A DNA stretch of 64,000 nucleotides from the human T2T-CHM13v2.0 reference genome, Homo sapiens: NCBI RefSeq assembly GCF_009914755.1, contig NC_060926.1; one strand, given 5' to 3'. The notes beneath the pieces were generated by a model that saw only the letters and a program-made list of their open reading frames with translations, made no database searches and was not told where the DNA came from. The translations under genes were made by a program, and so were the position numbers. This document shows, one piece after another, positions 39,606-53,466 of the stretch (position 1 is the first letter of the stretch; each line of letters starts with the position of its first letter).

Positions 39606-41799
39606 GGTTAGGGTAAAATAGTATGAGGCATTAAAAAATGTACAGTGTAATTTAGCAAGCAGCAGATTAACTATGTAATTGGGTTCAAATGCAGTGTGAA
39701 TTTCTAAAATGTGAATAATCAAAAATGATGTATTTGAGAGGTTAGAGTCAACTCCAATCCCCTGCTAATCACATTAGTTTTGAGTTGTAAATAATAACTT
39801 AAATCTTACTTCCCTCCGATGTTATTTAGCCATGGGGGACAGAGGTTTTAAGTGGTGAAACAGTAAATGGTAGAAAGAGTAAGGTGGAAGATCTACAGAT
39901 AATATAACAAATTGGTGAAGGATGATTAGTAGCATGTTTTCTGAATAATCAAATGAATCAAGGCTATCAGGAAATTCTATCGCTCATGACATCCATTGGG
40001 AGGTGTGCCCAGAAACAGCCAACAAAAGGTAGCATAGTACATAGGAAAAGATGATCCTTGGAATCTCGTTATTAAAAAGTGGCTCAAGGTCAGTTTCCCA
40101 GCACATTAGCAGAGTGCATGTTTTCTGAATGAGCTAACTAATTTTACTCTAAAGGCTTTCTCTAAATTCTAATTGGAGAGTCTTTAAATCTTCAAACATG
40201 AAAATGCTGGAGAAGAGATTCAATTATATGTGAATTGAAAATAGGAATAGATATGCTTGACCAATATGTTTTTCTTTTCCCATTAGAACTAACGGAAAAA
40301 CATCCAGCCTACTCCAATGGGCTTGCTGTCCATTTGCTGGATTTATGTCAGATGGGGAATTACTCAGAATCCAAGATACTGAAAAAGCAACTTGGGTCAA
40401 AACTGTCAATTAAATGGAGAAATTATGTACAAAATTAGGATTTCAGAGACCCAGATCTTTTGGCAGATAGCTAGGTCCTGACGCCCTTTGAAATCGGAAT
40501 ATAGTACAATGACCCTCTGGGGTAAACCTTCCCATTAAATTTGCAATTCTTCAATGTTTGATACTGTCCAGGGAGCAAATGAATTAAGACTTTCTTTTGT
40601 AAAATATATTTTTTATTTCTACCTGGCCTAAATTCTGATTCCTGCTTCTCTGTGGACTGCAAATGGAAAGGTTCATGTCCTATGGCAAGTGCCATCTGTA
40701 ACTTATGCTTCTGAAAATTTAAAATGGCTATAGTTTATTGTTTTGTCACTATGTGTTACATCTACAGATTGTTTAAATGACAAAAGGAAAAAAGGGCTCT
40801 GTATGTATGCAAAAGAACATGTAATTAGATGCAAATAAGCAATAAGGCAAAGAAAAGACATTTAGCTTTTGCTTGTGTAATGTGATATAGGTTTTGTTAT
40901 ATACATATCATATTTATTTATCATATAGCAACTGGATGCACAGACTTTAAAACCACTTGAATATTAGATTTTGCATAATTGGGAGGCTGCCGTCACCAGT
41001 CCATAGCACAAAGTCAAAAGGCATTTTAGGAATTGCTTACAATGAATTGTAGGTCATTTGAAATAAATTTGTAGGAAGCCTATTAAATCTCTTTCTATCT
41101 CTCCTCTCTCTCTCTTTCTTTTTTCGCTACAAAACACCCTAAAGATCATTTCTCTAATGTTTTGGTCTGTCAAATCTGTATAAACAAGTATAAATGTTAA
41201 AAAAGTAAAGAATACTAATCAAGAGACACAAGACATACACTGCCTAATAAATCTTGCCTTCAATTTATTTGTCTAGTACTACAAAGGCAAAGGAGATATC
41301 AATTAATATAGGCAAAGAGGACCCATAATTTATAATTAACTGGCAAGTGGTTTGTAACAAACAGCAGCACCGAGTCTAATAGCCGGTAGAAAAATAACTA
41401 GTGTTGATTTGTCCCTCGGCAAATTAATAGAGTGCTTATCAATGACAGGGTTACATAAAACTGCTAAATAAATAATCATCAGTGAGTTCGAGTGAAGCAG
41501 ATCTTTAACAAGCTTAATCTGAACCTCTTGACATCTGTAGACTATGAAGAGATTAAATGGTAAGAAAGAGAAGATACAGTGTGCACATTGTAAGCCTGCT
41601 CAGTAACTGTACAAGATCATGTTCTTATGTAATGAGAAATAAAGAAACATTTTTATTGCAAAATTACATTGAAAAATGATTTTCATTATAATTAGAGTGA
41701 AAATTATAAAAGATATATCAAGGAAATGCTGAACTGGAATTCACCAGATGAGAATTTCACTACATCTCTTAACAATGAAAACACATCATTTTAGTCACT

Positions 41800-41867
41800 T
41801 TTGATATATTTTTGCTCGTTTGCTTCACTTTTGTTTGATATATTTTTGCTCGTTTGCTTCACTTTTG
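41800..41867. repeat. Perfect 34-bp tandem duplication
   Basis: TTTGATATATTTTTGCTCGTTTGCTTCACTTTTG x2. Confidence 0.95.
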
Positions 41868-42388
41868 TTACTCACCTTTGTACACGCCACATGTTCCAAC
41901 TCATATGTCACCACCACTACATCCGTGAGCTTGTTTTTGGTTATTATGGTTCCTCTATAGAAGAAAATTAATCAAGGTTCTATATTTAAATGGACATTTC
42001 CACCCTGCCTTCCCACCTACCCTCCCCCTAGGCATATATATGGAATTCTCAGTTTTTTTGTTGCAGAGCATTTTATTACTCCTGGTTTGGACTGTGCATC
42101 ATTTGCATTGCTGGGAATTAATAGACCTGTATAATACCTCAGGTCTTGTCTTTTCTATAAGAAAATATTTTTAAATTACCATCTTTTGTAGGCATATTAA
42201 CATCATGATACCACTTGGGTTTTCAGCACTAGTGAACTAAAAAATGCCTGTTTAAGATTGATATAGATACAGATATATAGTTGGAGCTTCTCACAAGTGG
42301 GGAGATCCCCCCTAAATTTTAAATAGAAACCTGATTTCTAGTGGGATAAATATATATTTCCATAGGTGTTCCTGTGAGAGACAAAACA

Positions 42389-42774
42389 TGTCTTTGTCCA
42401 TTTGTGCTGCTATAAAATACCCTAAGGCTGGGTATTTTATAAAGAAGAGAAATACTTATTTTCTCACAGTTCTGGGGTCGGGGAAGTCCAAGATCCAAGA
42501 TTCTGGCAAGTTCGGTTTCTGGCAAGGGCTGCTGTCTGCTTCCAAGATGGCACCTTGAACACTGCATCCTCATATGGTAGAACAGAGGGGTAAAAAGGGA
42601 CCAAATACTCTGTGAAGCCTCTTTAATAAAGCCCTTAATCCCATTCACGAGGGAGGAGCCTCATGACCTAATCACCTCCTAAAGTCCTCACCTCTTAATA
42701 CTGTTGCATTGAGGATTAAGTTTCAACATCGATTTTGGAGGGACACAAAACCATAGCATATTCAAACTATAGCA
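42389..42774 (-). mobile_element. MaLR solo LTR (MLT1A/MST group)
   Basis: GCTGCTATAAAATACC...TCTCACAGTTCTGG...GGAAGTCCAAGATC...CATGACCTAATCACCTCCTAAAG...TTCAAACTATAGCA. Confidence 0.85.
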
Positions 42775-43381
42775 CATGCAAACATGGGGCTAGAAAGTCA
42801 AGAGCTGCATCCAGTGTCCCATTTTTGTTTAGGGCAGAACGTATCATTATTACAATTTCCACATTCCTTGGGCTTGGGGATGCCACCTCTGTAGGGGTTC
42901 ACCATTAGACTTGTCTTTGCTCTACTTATGAGCTACCAGTGAAGATCAGCTTCAGATATGATTGATCATTTACGTTTTATTATTTGGATATGTCTTATTT
43001 TCTCATGTTAAATATTAGCTAGCACCAACAAGAACTGCTAAATATTCAGTGGGCATGTGTGTGTTTGTCTTTAATGTGCTTGGTAACTTACAGCAAACTA
43101 CTCTGTTGGAGACATTAAATTACTTGACAATACTCAAATCTTAGTTATCAGCATCACTGCTTTCCTGAGCTTCAGACTGAATTTCCAACAACCTTTTGGG
43201 CATCTCACCCACAATATTCTAAGAGAACTTTATATTTACATATTAGACACTCATCTCATAAGTTAGTGGCATCATATTTCATCAAACTGTTCAAATTTAA
43301 GTAGGAGACATCCTTAATTTCCTATTCTTCCTCATGTTTTTTATACACTCTAAAGCCATCCAAATGAATCACTATATTCTT

Positions 43382-43550
43382 CTATATTTTTATTATTTGT
43401 GTTTGAGACAGGGTCTTGCTCTGTCACCCAGGCTATAGTGCAGTGGCATGATCATAGCTCACTGCCACCTCAAATTTCTGGATTCAAGTAATCTTCTTTC
43501 CTGACCTCCCCAAGTGCTGGGATTACAGGCATGAGCCGTTGCACCCGGCT
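43382..43550 (-). mobile_element. Free Alu monomer (FRAM-like)
   Basis: Single arm GAGACAGGGTCTTGCTCTGTCACCCAGGCT...GATCATAGCTCACTGC...GTGCTGGGATTACAGGCATGAGCC. Confidence 0.8.
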
Positions 43551-43670
43551 GATACTCTTTAATTAAGCATCTAAAAGCACTCTCTTGTATATCCCTTCCT
43601 GTTTATTTCTACTGTCACCACCTTGATTCAGGCCCTTATTATCTCTTAGCTGAGATTTTGTAATAGCCTC

Positions 43671-44144
43671 TGAGGTAAGAATAATGACCCCCCAAAGGTG
43701 TCCAGGTCCTAGTCTCCAGAGCCTATGAATATGTTACATTACATGTCAAAGGGGAATTAAGATTGCAGATGGGTTTAATGTTGCTAATCAACTGACTTTA
43801 GGGAGATTATCATGGATTATGGCAGTGGGTCCAATTTAATGACAGGGATCTTTAAGAGTAGAAGAGGGGGACAGAAGAGGAGTGAGAATGATTTGATTTA
43901 AGTAGGACTTGACCCAGTGTTGCTGGCTTTAAAGATGGAGAAAGTGGCCATAAATAAACGACAAGGAAATGGATTCTCCCAACAGCCTCCAGAAGAAAGG
44001 CAGCCCTGCCAACACCTTGGTTTGAGCCTAGTGAGACCTGTGTCAGACTTCTAGCCTGCAGAACTGAAAGCTAATAAATTTGTGCTGTCTTAAGCCACAA
44101 AATTTGTGGGAGTTTGTTATAGCAGCAGTAGGTAAACAAATACA
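43671..44144 (+). mobile_element. MLT1D-like MaLR solo LTR
   Basis: AGAATAATGACCCCCCAAAGGTGTCCA...CAAGGAAATGGATTCTCCC...CAGCCCTGCCAACACCTTG...TTTGTTATAGCAGCAGTAGG...AATACA. Confidence 0.85.
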
Positions 44145-44654
44145 GTCACCAGTTCTTAGCCAGTCCCCTGGCCTTTAGCTTCCTTCTTTTGGATCTATTT
44201 TCCTTAGTTTTACCAAAATTATCTTTAAAAATACAGATCTGGCTATGACACATTCTTGTGTTGAATTCTTTGATGGTTTCCTCCATTGACTAGGATAAAC
44301 TTGCACTGCTTTATCATGGCACACAAGGCTCTGCGTTATCTGTTCTCAGTTTCCAGCTTTTATGCCTCCTGTAGGTTTGCCCTTTCCTCATACTCCCCCT
44401 TCCCCACATTCCAAAAAAATGTATTCTATACTTAATACTTATTAGCTTACTCAGTTTCTGGAAAACACCAATAACCTTTATAGCTGCTAAGTGCTTGTTT
44501 ATGCTGGTCACTTTATGTGGTATGTTCATTTCCTTGCTGTCTCCCTGATGTGTTTACCAAGCACATTCTTTAGTGCTGAGTTCAGGGATCTCCTTCATGG
44601 CTCTTTGCATGATATGATTACTCCTCCTTCCACAGCTGCTCCCTCTCAGACTAA

Positions 44655-44900
44655 GTGAGCACCTACTATATCCCAGCCATTCAGTTGTTCTAAACATTTT
44701 ACAAGTATTAACTTGTTTAATCCTTGTAACAAGCCTATGGGAAAGAGATATTCTCATCTCTATTTTATGGCTGATAAAATTGAAGCACAGGGAAGATAAG
44801 TAATGTTCCCAAGTTATAAAGCTAGTAAGAGATGGAGCTAAAATTCAATCCCAGGCATCTGTGACTCCAGAATTTGTTATCTGAACAATACTCTGTACCT
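44655..44900 (-). mobile_element. MIR
   Basis: TTTAATCCTTGTAACAAGCCTATG...TTCCCAAGTTATAAAGCTAGTAAGAGATGGAGC...CCCAGGCATCTGTGACTCCAGA. Confidence 0.8.
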
Positions 44901-46139
44901 TCAAATACCAGTCAAGTTAGTGAATAAGGAGAACATCTGCTTTTTCGGCTCTGTGAAAATAGGAAACTTTTTACTGAAGGAGTGGACAACATGATATAGC
45001 CCCCCACTCTCTGTGGTCTCATTAACTTTGATATATTTGGTTTATCAAGCAAAATCTGTTCATGCCAAAATTGTATTTTCTAAAATGTTTTTGAAAATGC
45101 TTACATCTATGTCCATGAAGGATTTGATAAGTAGTTTTTTTGTAATGCCTATTTTTGATTTTGCTTTCAGACTAATGCTGGTTTCATAGAATGAGGTGGG
45201 AATTATCCCTTCTTCTCTGATTTTATAAAATAATTTCTGTGAAATTGGCACTATTATTATTTTCTTATATGTTTGGAAGAATTCACCAGTAAAGTCATTA
45301 GATTTTAGAGTTTTCTTTCTGGGAAAGTTTTAAACTTTAAAATAAATAAAAATATGTAATAGGGCTACTCAGATTATTTATTTCTTCTTGAGTGAGTGTT
45401 GGTAGTTTGTTTCTTCAAGGAATTCTTTCATTTCATCTAAGATGTTGAATTTATTGACATAAGGTTGTATATAGTATTCCCTTATCCTTTAAATATCCTG
45501 AAAATCGTAATGATGTCACCTCTGTATTGCCTGAATTTGGTAATCTATATCTCCTCTCCCTTTTCACTAATTAATCTGGCTGTAAGTTTACCAATTTTAT
45601 TGATTTTTTTCAAAGAAGCTGCTTCTGGTTTTATTAATTTTTTAAAATCATTTTTCTATTTTCTATTTCACTGATTTCTTCTCTGATAGTTATTATTTCC
45701 TTTCTTCTCTTCACTTTAAATTACCTTTTTTTGTGTGTGGCTGTTGCTTTTGTTTCTTATGGTAAAAGCTGAGTTTATTAATTTAAGACCTTTCTTCTTC
45801 TCTTATATAGGCATTTTCTGTTGTAAATTCCCTCCCCAACCACCAGTACTGCTTTACTGGAATTCACAAATTTTGGTACACTGTGTTTTCATTTCCATTC
45901 TGTTCAAATTACTTTCTACTTTCCCTTTTGATTTCTTCTTTAACCTATGGTTTATTAGAAATGTGTTAAAATTTCTAAATATTTGGGAAATTCATTTCTT
46001 TTGATTTCCTATTTAACTTCCTTTGAAGTTAGAAAACATATTTTTTAAGACTTAAATTCTTTTAAATTTATGGAGACATATTTTTATGGCTCAGAAGTTA
46101 GCCTATCTTGGTGTTTGTAGTGCATTTGAAAAGTAGAGT

Positions 46140-46228
46140 TTTTTGAGATAGGGTCTTGCTCTGTCACCCAGGCTGAAGTACAGTTGGGTGATCACAACCC
46201 ACTGCAGCTTCAACCTCCAGGGCTCAAG
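46140..46228 (-). mobile_element. Truncated AluJ/FRAM fragment
   Basis: TTTTGAGATAGGGTCTTGCTCTGTCACCCAGGCTG...CACTGCAGCTTCAACCTCCAGGGCTCAAG. Confidence 0.75.
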
Positions 46229-46736
46229 ACAGAATGTATTTTCTAATGGTTGTAGGATGGAGTGTTCTATATATATGTATTACTTAAGTTAATTTGGTTG
46301 ATACCATTGTAAAATCTCTATGTCCTAACTGGTTTTTTGTTCTATCAATTATTAAGAAAGAGATATTAGATTTCTAGATTAAATTTATGAATTTTTCTAT
46401 TTCTCCATGTAACTCTCAGTTTCGTTTCATGTATTTTGAAATTATTTTATTAAATATATACACATTTAGAATTTTTATGTACCAATCCTTTTATCATTAT
46501 GAAATTACCTTCTTTTCCACTGCTCATCTGCTCATAGTCTTTGCCTTGGTGTCTACTTTGTCTGATATTAATATAGTCACTCCAGCTTTCTTTTGGTTAT
46601 CATTAGAATGGAACATCTTTTTCTATACTTTTAAAGTATTTGTTTCTTTATGTATAAAATGTGCTTCTTGTAAATGGTATATAGGCCATTCTTTTTTTAA
46701 TCATTTTTTGAGAATTTTTGCCTGTTAATTGGAGTG

Positions 46737-49009
46737 TGATATGGTTTGGCTGTGTCCCCACCCAAAATATCATCTTGAATTGTAATCTGAATTGTAATCC
46801 CCACATGTTGGGGGGAGGGGCCTCATGGAAGGTGATTAGATCATGGGGGTGGTTCCCCCATTGCTGTTTTCATCATAGTGCGTGGAGTTCTCACAAAATC
46901 TGATGATTTTATAAGGGGCTTTTCCCCACTTCACTCTGCACTTCTCTCTCCTGCCACCATGTGAAGAAGGATGTGTCTGCTTTCCATCTTGCCATGATTG
47001 TAAGTTTCCTGAGGCCTCCACAACCATGTGGAACTCTGAGTCAATTAAAAATCTTTCCTTTATAAATTACCCAGTCTTAGGTATTTTCTTCATGGCAGTG
47101 TGAAAACATACTAATAGAGTAAGCTGGTACTTCAGAGAGTCGGGCACTGCTGTAAAGATACCCGAAAATGTGGAAGCAACTTTGGAACTGGGTAACAGAC
47201 ATAGGTTGGAACAGTTTGGAGGGCTCAGAAGAAGACAGGAAGATGTGGGAAAGTTTGGAACTTCCTAGAGACTTGTTGAATGGCTTTGACCAAAATGCTG
47301 ATAGTGATACGAACAATAAAGTCCAGGCTCAGACAGAGCTGAGGAACTTCTTGGGAACTGGAGCAAAGGTAACTCTTGCTATACTTTAGCAAAGAGGCTG
47401 GCAGCATTTTACCCCTGCCGTAGAGATCTGTGGAACTTTGAACTTAAGAGAGATGATTTAGGGTATCTGGCAGAAGAAATTTCTAAGCACCAAAGCATTC
47501 AAGAGGCAAAAGAACATAAAAGTTTGGAAAATTTGCAGCCTGACAATGTAGTAGAAAAGAAAAACCCATTTTCCGAGGAGAAACTGAAGCTGGCTGCAGA
47601 AATTTGCATAAGTACCGAGGAGCCAAATGTTAATTGCCAATACAATGGGGAAAATGTCTCCGGGGCATGTCAGAGGGCTTCACAGCAGCCCCTCCCATCA
47701 GAAGCCCAGAGGCCTAACAGGAAAAAATGGTTTCATGGGCTGAGTCCACTGCCTTGCTGCTTTATGCAGTCTTGGGACTTGGTGCCTTGCATTCCAGCTG
47801 TGGCTAAAAGAAGCTAATGTATAGCTCAGACTATTGTTACAGAGGGTGCCCCAAGCCTAAGTGGCTTACATATGGTGTTGGGCCTGTGGGTGAACAGAAG
47901 TCAAGAATTGAGGTTTGGAACCTCCGCCTAGATTTCAGAGGATGTATGGAAACACCTGGATATCCAGGCAGAAGTTTGCTACAGGGGCAGAGCCCTCATA
48001 GAGAACCTCTGTTAGGGCAGTGGGGAAGGGAAATGTGGGGTCAGAGCCCCACACAGAATCCCCACTGGGGTACTGCCTAGTGGAGCTGTGAGAAAAGGGC
48101 CACCATCCTCCACACCCCAGAATGGTAGATCCACTGACAGCTTGCACCATGTGCCTGGAAAAGCCACAGACACTCAATGCCAGCCTATGAAAGCAGCTGG
48201 GAGGGTGATTGTACCCTGCAAAGCCCCAGAGGCAGAGCTGCCCAAGGCCATGGGAGCCCACTTTTGCATCAGCATGACCTGAATGTGGGACATGGAGTCA
48301 AAGAAGATCATTTTGTAACTTTGAGGCTTAATGACTGTCCTGCTGGATTTTGGACTTGCATTGGTCCTGTAGCACCTTTGTTTTGGCCAATGTCTCCCAT
48401 TTTAAGTGGGTGTATTTACTCAATGCCTGTACCTTCATTGTATCTAGGAAGTAGCTAACTTGCTTTTGGTTTCACACACTCATAGGAAGAATGGACTTGC
48501 CTTGTCCAAATGAGACTTTGGATTTGGACTTTGGGGTTAATTTCAGAATGAGTTAAGACTTTGAGGGACTGTGGGAAAGGCATGATTGTGTTTTGAAATG
48601 TGAGAACCTGAGATTTGGGAGAGGCCATTGGTGGAATGATATGATTTGGCTGTGTCCCTACCAAAAATCTCATCTTGAATTGTAATCTGAATTGTAATCC
48701 CCACATGTTGGGGGCAGTACCTCATGGGAGGTGATTAGATCATGGGACCAGTTTCCTCATGCTATTCTCATGATAGTAAGGTTTCATGAGATCTGGTGGT
48801 TTTATAAGGTCTTTCTCCCCTTCCCTCTCTACTTCTCTCTCTCCTGCCACCACATGAAGAAGGATGTGTCTGCTTCCCTTCTGCCATGATTGTAAGTTTT
48901 CTGAGGCTTCCCCAGCCATGTGGAACTGTGAGTCAATTAAACCTCTTTCCTTTATAAATTACCAAGTCTCAGGCATTTCTTCATAGCAGTGTGAGATTGG
49001 ACTAACACA
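46737..49009 (+). mobile_element. Full-length THE1 (THE1D-like) MaLR: 5' LTR 46737-47118, internal 47119-48636, 3' LTR 48637-49009
   Basis: Both LTRs start TGATATG(G/A)TTTGGCTGTGTCCC; THE1-internal text GTGGAAGCAACTTTGGAACTGGGTAACAG; 5-bp TSD GAGTG/AAGTG with one mismatch. Confidence 0.92.
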
Positions 49010-49141
49010 AAGTGTTTAAACCATTTTTATTTAATATGATTGTTGACATGTGTGGAAAAAGCTAAGTCTATTATCTTTCTGTTTTCTATTTGTTTCTTTT
49101 TTCTAACTCTTTTTTTTTTTTAACTTTTCTGGGTGGTTATT

Positions 49142-49450
49142 TGTATTATTTGTGTTCATTTTCACACTGCTATAAAAATACCTGATACTGGGTAATTTAT
49201 AAAGAAAAGAAGTTTAATTGGCTAACAGTTCCACAGGCTGTACAGGAAGAATGGCTGGGGAGGCCTCAGGGAAATTCCAATCATGGCAGAAGGAGAGGGG
49301 GAAGCAGGCACATCTTCACATGGCCAGGGCAAGAGGAAGAGAGAGAGGTGGGAAGTGCTACACACTTTTAAACAACTACATCTTGTGATAACTCACTCAC
49401 TATGAGGAAAATAACACCAAAAGGGAAATCTGTCTTCATGATCCAATCAT
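49142..49450 (-). mobile_element. MSTA-like MaLR LTR, partial
   Basis: CACTGCTATAAAAATACCTGATACTGGGTAATTTATAAAGAAAAGAAGTTTAATTGGCT...GGAGGCCTCAGG...AATCATGGCAGAAGG. Confidence 0.85.
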
Positions 49451-49949
49451 ATGGATTGGATTTTATACATCTGAAACCAATTTTCATTTCATCTTTACAT
49501 TTGAAAAATATGTTCCCTGGTATGGAATTCTAGTTTAATAGTTACTTTTTTTTTTTTTCTATCAGTACTTTAAAGGTGTTGCTCCACTGGCTTCTCCTTT
49601 GCACTGTTTCTGAAGAGCAATATGCTGTAACTCTTACCTGTCTTCCTCTGTGTGTCTTGTGGCTCTTTCTTTGGCTACTTTTAGAACTTTCTTTTTTCAC
49701 CAGGTTTGATCAATTGGGGGTAGTTTTTCTTTATGTTTCCTGTACTTGAGCTCATTGAGATTCTTGAATTTGGAGTTTATAGTTTTCATCAAATTTGAAA
49801 ACATTTTAGGCATAATTTCTTCAAATTTTTTCTCCACTTCCATCCTCTCCTTATAGGATCCCAATTACATGTATATTAGGCAACATTAAGCTGTCTGTCC
49901 CTCAGCTCACTGATGTTTTTTAAAATTATTGTTTTGTTCTTTTTATTTT

Positions 49950-50280
49950 TTTGCTTTTGCTTTTGTTTTTGTTTTTGTTTTGTTTTGTTTACAGATAGGG
50001 AGGGTTTCACTTTGTCACCCAGGCTGGATTAGAGTGATGTGATCATAGCTCATTGCTGTCTGGAACTCCTGGGCTCGAGCAATCTTCTTGCCTCAGCCTC
50101 CTGTGTAGCTAGGACTAGGTGTGCTCCACCATGACTGGCTAATTTTTTATTTCTATTTTTGTAGAGATGGTGTCTCACTGCATTGCCCAGCCTGCTTTTA
50201 AACTCTTGGTCTCAAGTAATCCTCCCACCTTGGCCTCCCAAAGTGTTGGGATTGTAAGTATGAGCCCCTACACTCAGCCT
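49950..50280 (-). mobile_element. AluJ
   Basis: Diverged dimer with GATCATAGCTCA and CTCCTGGGCTCGAGCAATC; tail decayed to (TTTTG)n. Confidence 0.85.
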
Positions 50281-52912
50281 GCTCTTTTATTTTGGATGGT
50301 TTTTATTGCTGTTTTCAAATTCACTAATCTTTTCTTCTACAGTGACTAATAATGCTGTTAATCCCATCCTGGTTAGTTCTCTGGAAGTTTGATTTTGATC
50401 TTTTTTATCCTTTATGTCTTTTCTTAGCTTTTTGAATATATAGAACGGAGTTATAACAATTGTTCTAATGGCCTCATCTTCTGACAGTAACATCTGTGCC
50501 TATTTTGGGTTGGTTTTAATTACTGATTTTTCTGCTCCTTAAGGTTTTGGTTGTCTTTTCTTTTTTCTTTTCTTTTTCCTTTTCTCTTCTTGATTCTTTA
50601 CATGTCTAGTAATCTCGGAACTGTGATTTTACCCTGTTGGGTGCTGATTATTTTTGCATTTATATAAATATTTTTGTCTTTTGTTCGGGACACAACTAAG
50701 TTACCTGTAGGTTTAATTTTGGAGGGTCTTACTTTTAAGGTTTTGAACTGAGTCCAGAGCAGTGTTTGGTCTAGCGCTAGGTGTTTCCCACTAGTAAGGC
50801 AAGAAACTCCTGTGTACCCTTCACAATGCCCTGTGAATTATGACGTTTCCTTGCCAGTAGGAACACTCTTCTCAGCCCTCTTTGGCCTCCTGGCACTGTT
50901 TTCTCTAATCCTTTTGGATACTTCTTTCCCTGGCCTCAGGCAGTTTCATCACAGGCCTGTGCTAATAACTACTCCGCTTAAGTACTCTGAGGGCCTCTGC
51001 AGATTTCCAAAGTCCCTTCTCTGGGCAGCCCTCTTCTCTCTGGCACTGTCTTGTGAACTGTCAGCTGCCTTTGTCTCCCTATACTCTCAGCTCGGTCTCT
51101 TCAACTAATGATTGGGCTGTGCTCCGCCTGGGTTCCTCATCCCTGTACCGCAGCCTAGAAACTCTCAAAGTATATTTTATGGCAATTGTAGGGTTCACCT
51201 CACTTGTTTCACATCCCTTAGGGACTACTGTCCTTTGTTGCCTGCTATCTAGTGTCTTGAAAACCATTGTAATGATCTGGTTTTTATTTTTTCAGGCAGA
51301 AGTTAAATGTGGTCACTTTTACTCCCTCTTGGTTGGAAGTAATGTCAAGTTAACATTCTTGTTGCTCACTTAAGGGCTTCTTGGTGGAAACAAAGACCCA
51401 GAACCTAAAGTTTGAATTTTCTGTTTCGATGAATTCTGATGGACCAGAAGCTTTTTCTACCTCAGTGACCTCACTGTATTTGCTAGGAAGAATCAACTGA
51501 TGGCCTCTAGCAGAAATGGGGTATTCAAGACAAGCTTCTAAGGAGCCTGTCCTGATAGTATTAACCCACCCGGCAATCCCAGCTACATTCTGTAGCACTT
51601 AGGTCTAAAGCTGTATTTGGACAACCTCCATGGTAGGTGCCTGTAATAAAAAGTCACACCATAAAAATAGACATAGATTCTTAGGAGACCCATGGCTTTG
51701 CACTAAAAGATAAAGGAAAAAAACTAAATCTGAGCCTTCAAAAATTGTGTAGAAAATTTTGAGAACTGGATGAGAAGTTTTTCTGCTTTTATGCAGTACT
51801 TATTTTTGTCGATTTTTTAATCAACTGTAGCTCCAAAATTATTCCTGGGCCTGACATTTCACAGGATCATTTGCCATTCAGATGTGTTGCTCACTTTTGT
51901 GTGACTGATCTGCAGAGCCTAGGACCAAACATTTTTAATAAAAGTTTAAACAATTACAAAAGACAGTATAGAGTCCTCATACCATGTTTCGAAAGGCTTT
52001 AGGTTGTTAACATTGAAATGGATGTCAGGTTTGATAAAAGAAATAAAAGTACTTTTTTTAGTTCATAATGAATGTTTTCACTTCAGGGCTATGGGAGTCA
52101 TGTTTCTACATATTTCCAAGCATGCGACTTTTCCAGGATAATGTAACTCAGGACTCCCAGGCCTTCACTGTCCAGAGGAAGATCAAAACTACAGAAAGAA
52201 ACACTGAAGGCTGTTTTCCTGGATTGCTTTCCTGAGGGCTTTATGATCTTCTCAGGCTTCCTTACATGTCTGGTGCTAGGAATTTCTAGGGAGCAGCTAA
52301 CTTTATGCTTCTTGAACTAGTCGTTTTTGAAGGAGATGAGCATGTCTTCATTTTCCTTTCTCCTGCTCCTTTTCCCCATTATTATGTCTCTTGCCACTAC
52401 AAAAGGGTGACTATTCCATGGTACCTGTAAAGATGGCACTTCTCCTGCCCATTGACAAATGCGTCCATTCTCCCCATGTCTAGGGTACAACTACGTATAC
52501 CGAGAGTACCTTACCTCTTGAGGGCATCCCCTGAACAGTTGATGCCAACTCATAGCTGGGCTAAGATTCTTCATGCCTTCTGCCAAAGGGGAGTCTGGTT
52601 GTTATCTGGGTCGAGAACGTTGGCTATTATTGTTGCCACTGCTGCTGACTTCTTGGACTCTGAATAAATCATTGAAGTTTTATGAAATTTTTCTTTGCTT
52701 TTGCTGACTCTCCTGTTGCAGTCATACCACCCCAGGATTCAAAGGATTTAACTTTTGAGCTAATCTATGGAAAACACTTAGGAGAAAGTAGAATTTATTC
52801 ACAGAACTACAAAAAATACCCATATGACTGGAGGCTATCTGTGTAAATAGCCGTGTAATACTGGGGTCTAGAAGGGCTCCTTAAAAGAGGACCCTCTTCT
52901 TTGATATAGCTC

Positions 52913-53466
<554 letters not shown>

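Larger units (their letters stand above)
43150..44660 (+). mobile_element. Fragmented L2 interrupted by a FRAM and an MLT1D
   Basis: L2-type text on both sides of the inserts, e.g. CTGAGCTTCAGACTG...TTTCCAAC, CTACTGTCACCACCTTGATTCAGGCCC and ATCTTTAAAAATACAGATCTGG. Confidence 0.6.
45030..51330 (-). mobile_element. Old LINE-1 (L1M class), 5'UTR/ORF1/5' half of ORF2, decayed and interrupted by later insertions
   Basis: Peptide at 45060-45251 (KLFYKIREEGIIPTSFYETSISL...MDIDVSIFKNILEN) resembles L1 ORF2p near the RT domain; 50287-50493 (TVEEKISEFEN) resembles the ORF1p coiled coil; + strand is T-rich. Confidence 0.8.

Noticed and set aside
45060-46728. ORFs with RT-like or hydrophobic Phe/Leu-rich content
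   Set aside because: Degenerate L1 ORF2 and its T-rich antisense strand; broken by stops and frameshifts.
47077-48725. Cluster of overlapping 60-108 aa ORFs
   Set aside because: All lie within THE1 internal/LTR sequence; they are fragments of a decayed MaLR, not a gene.
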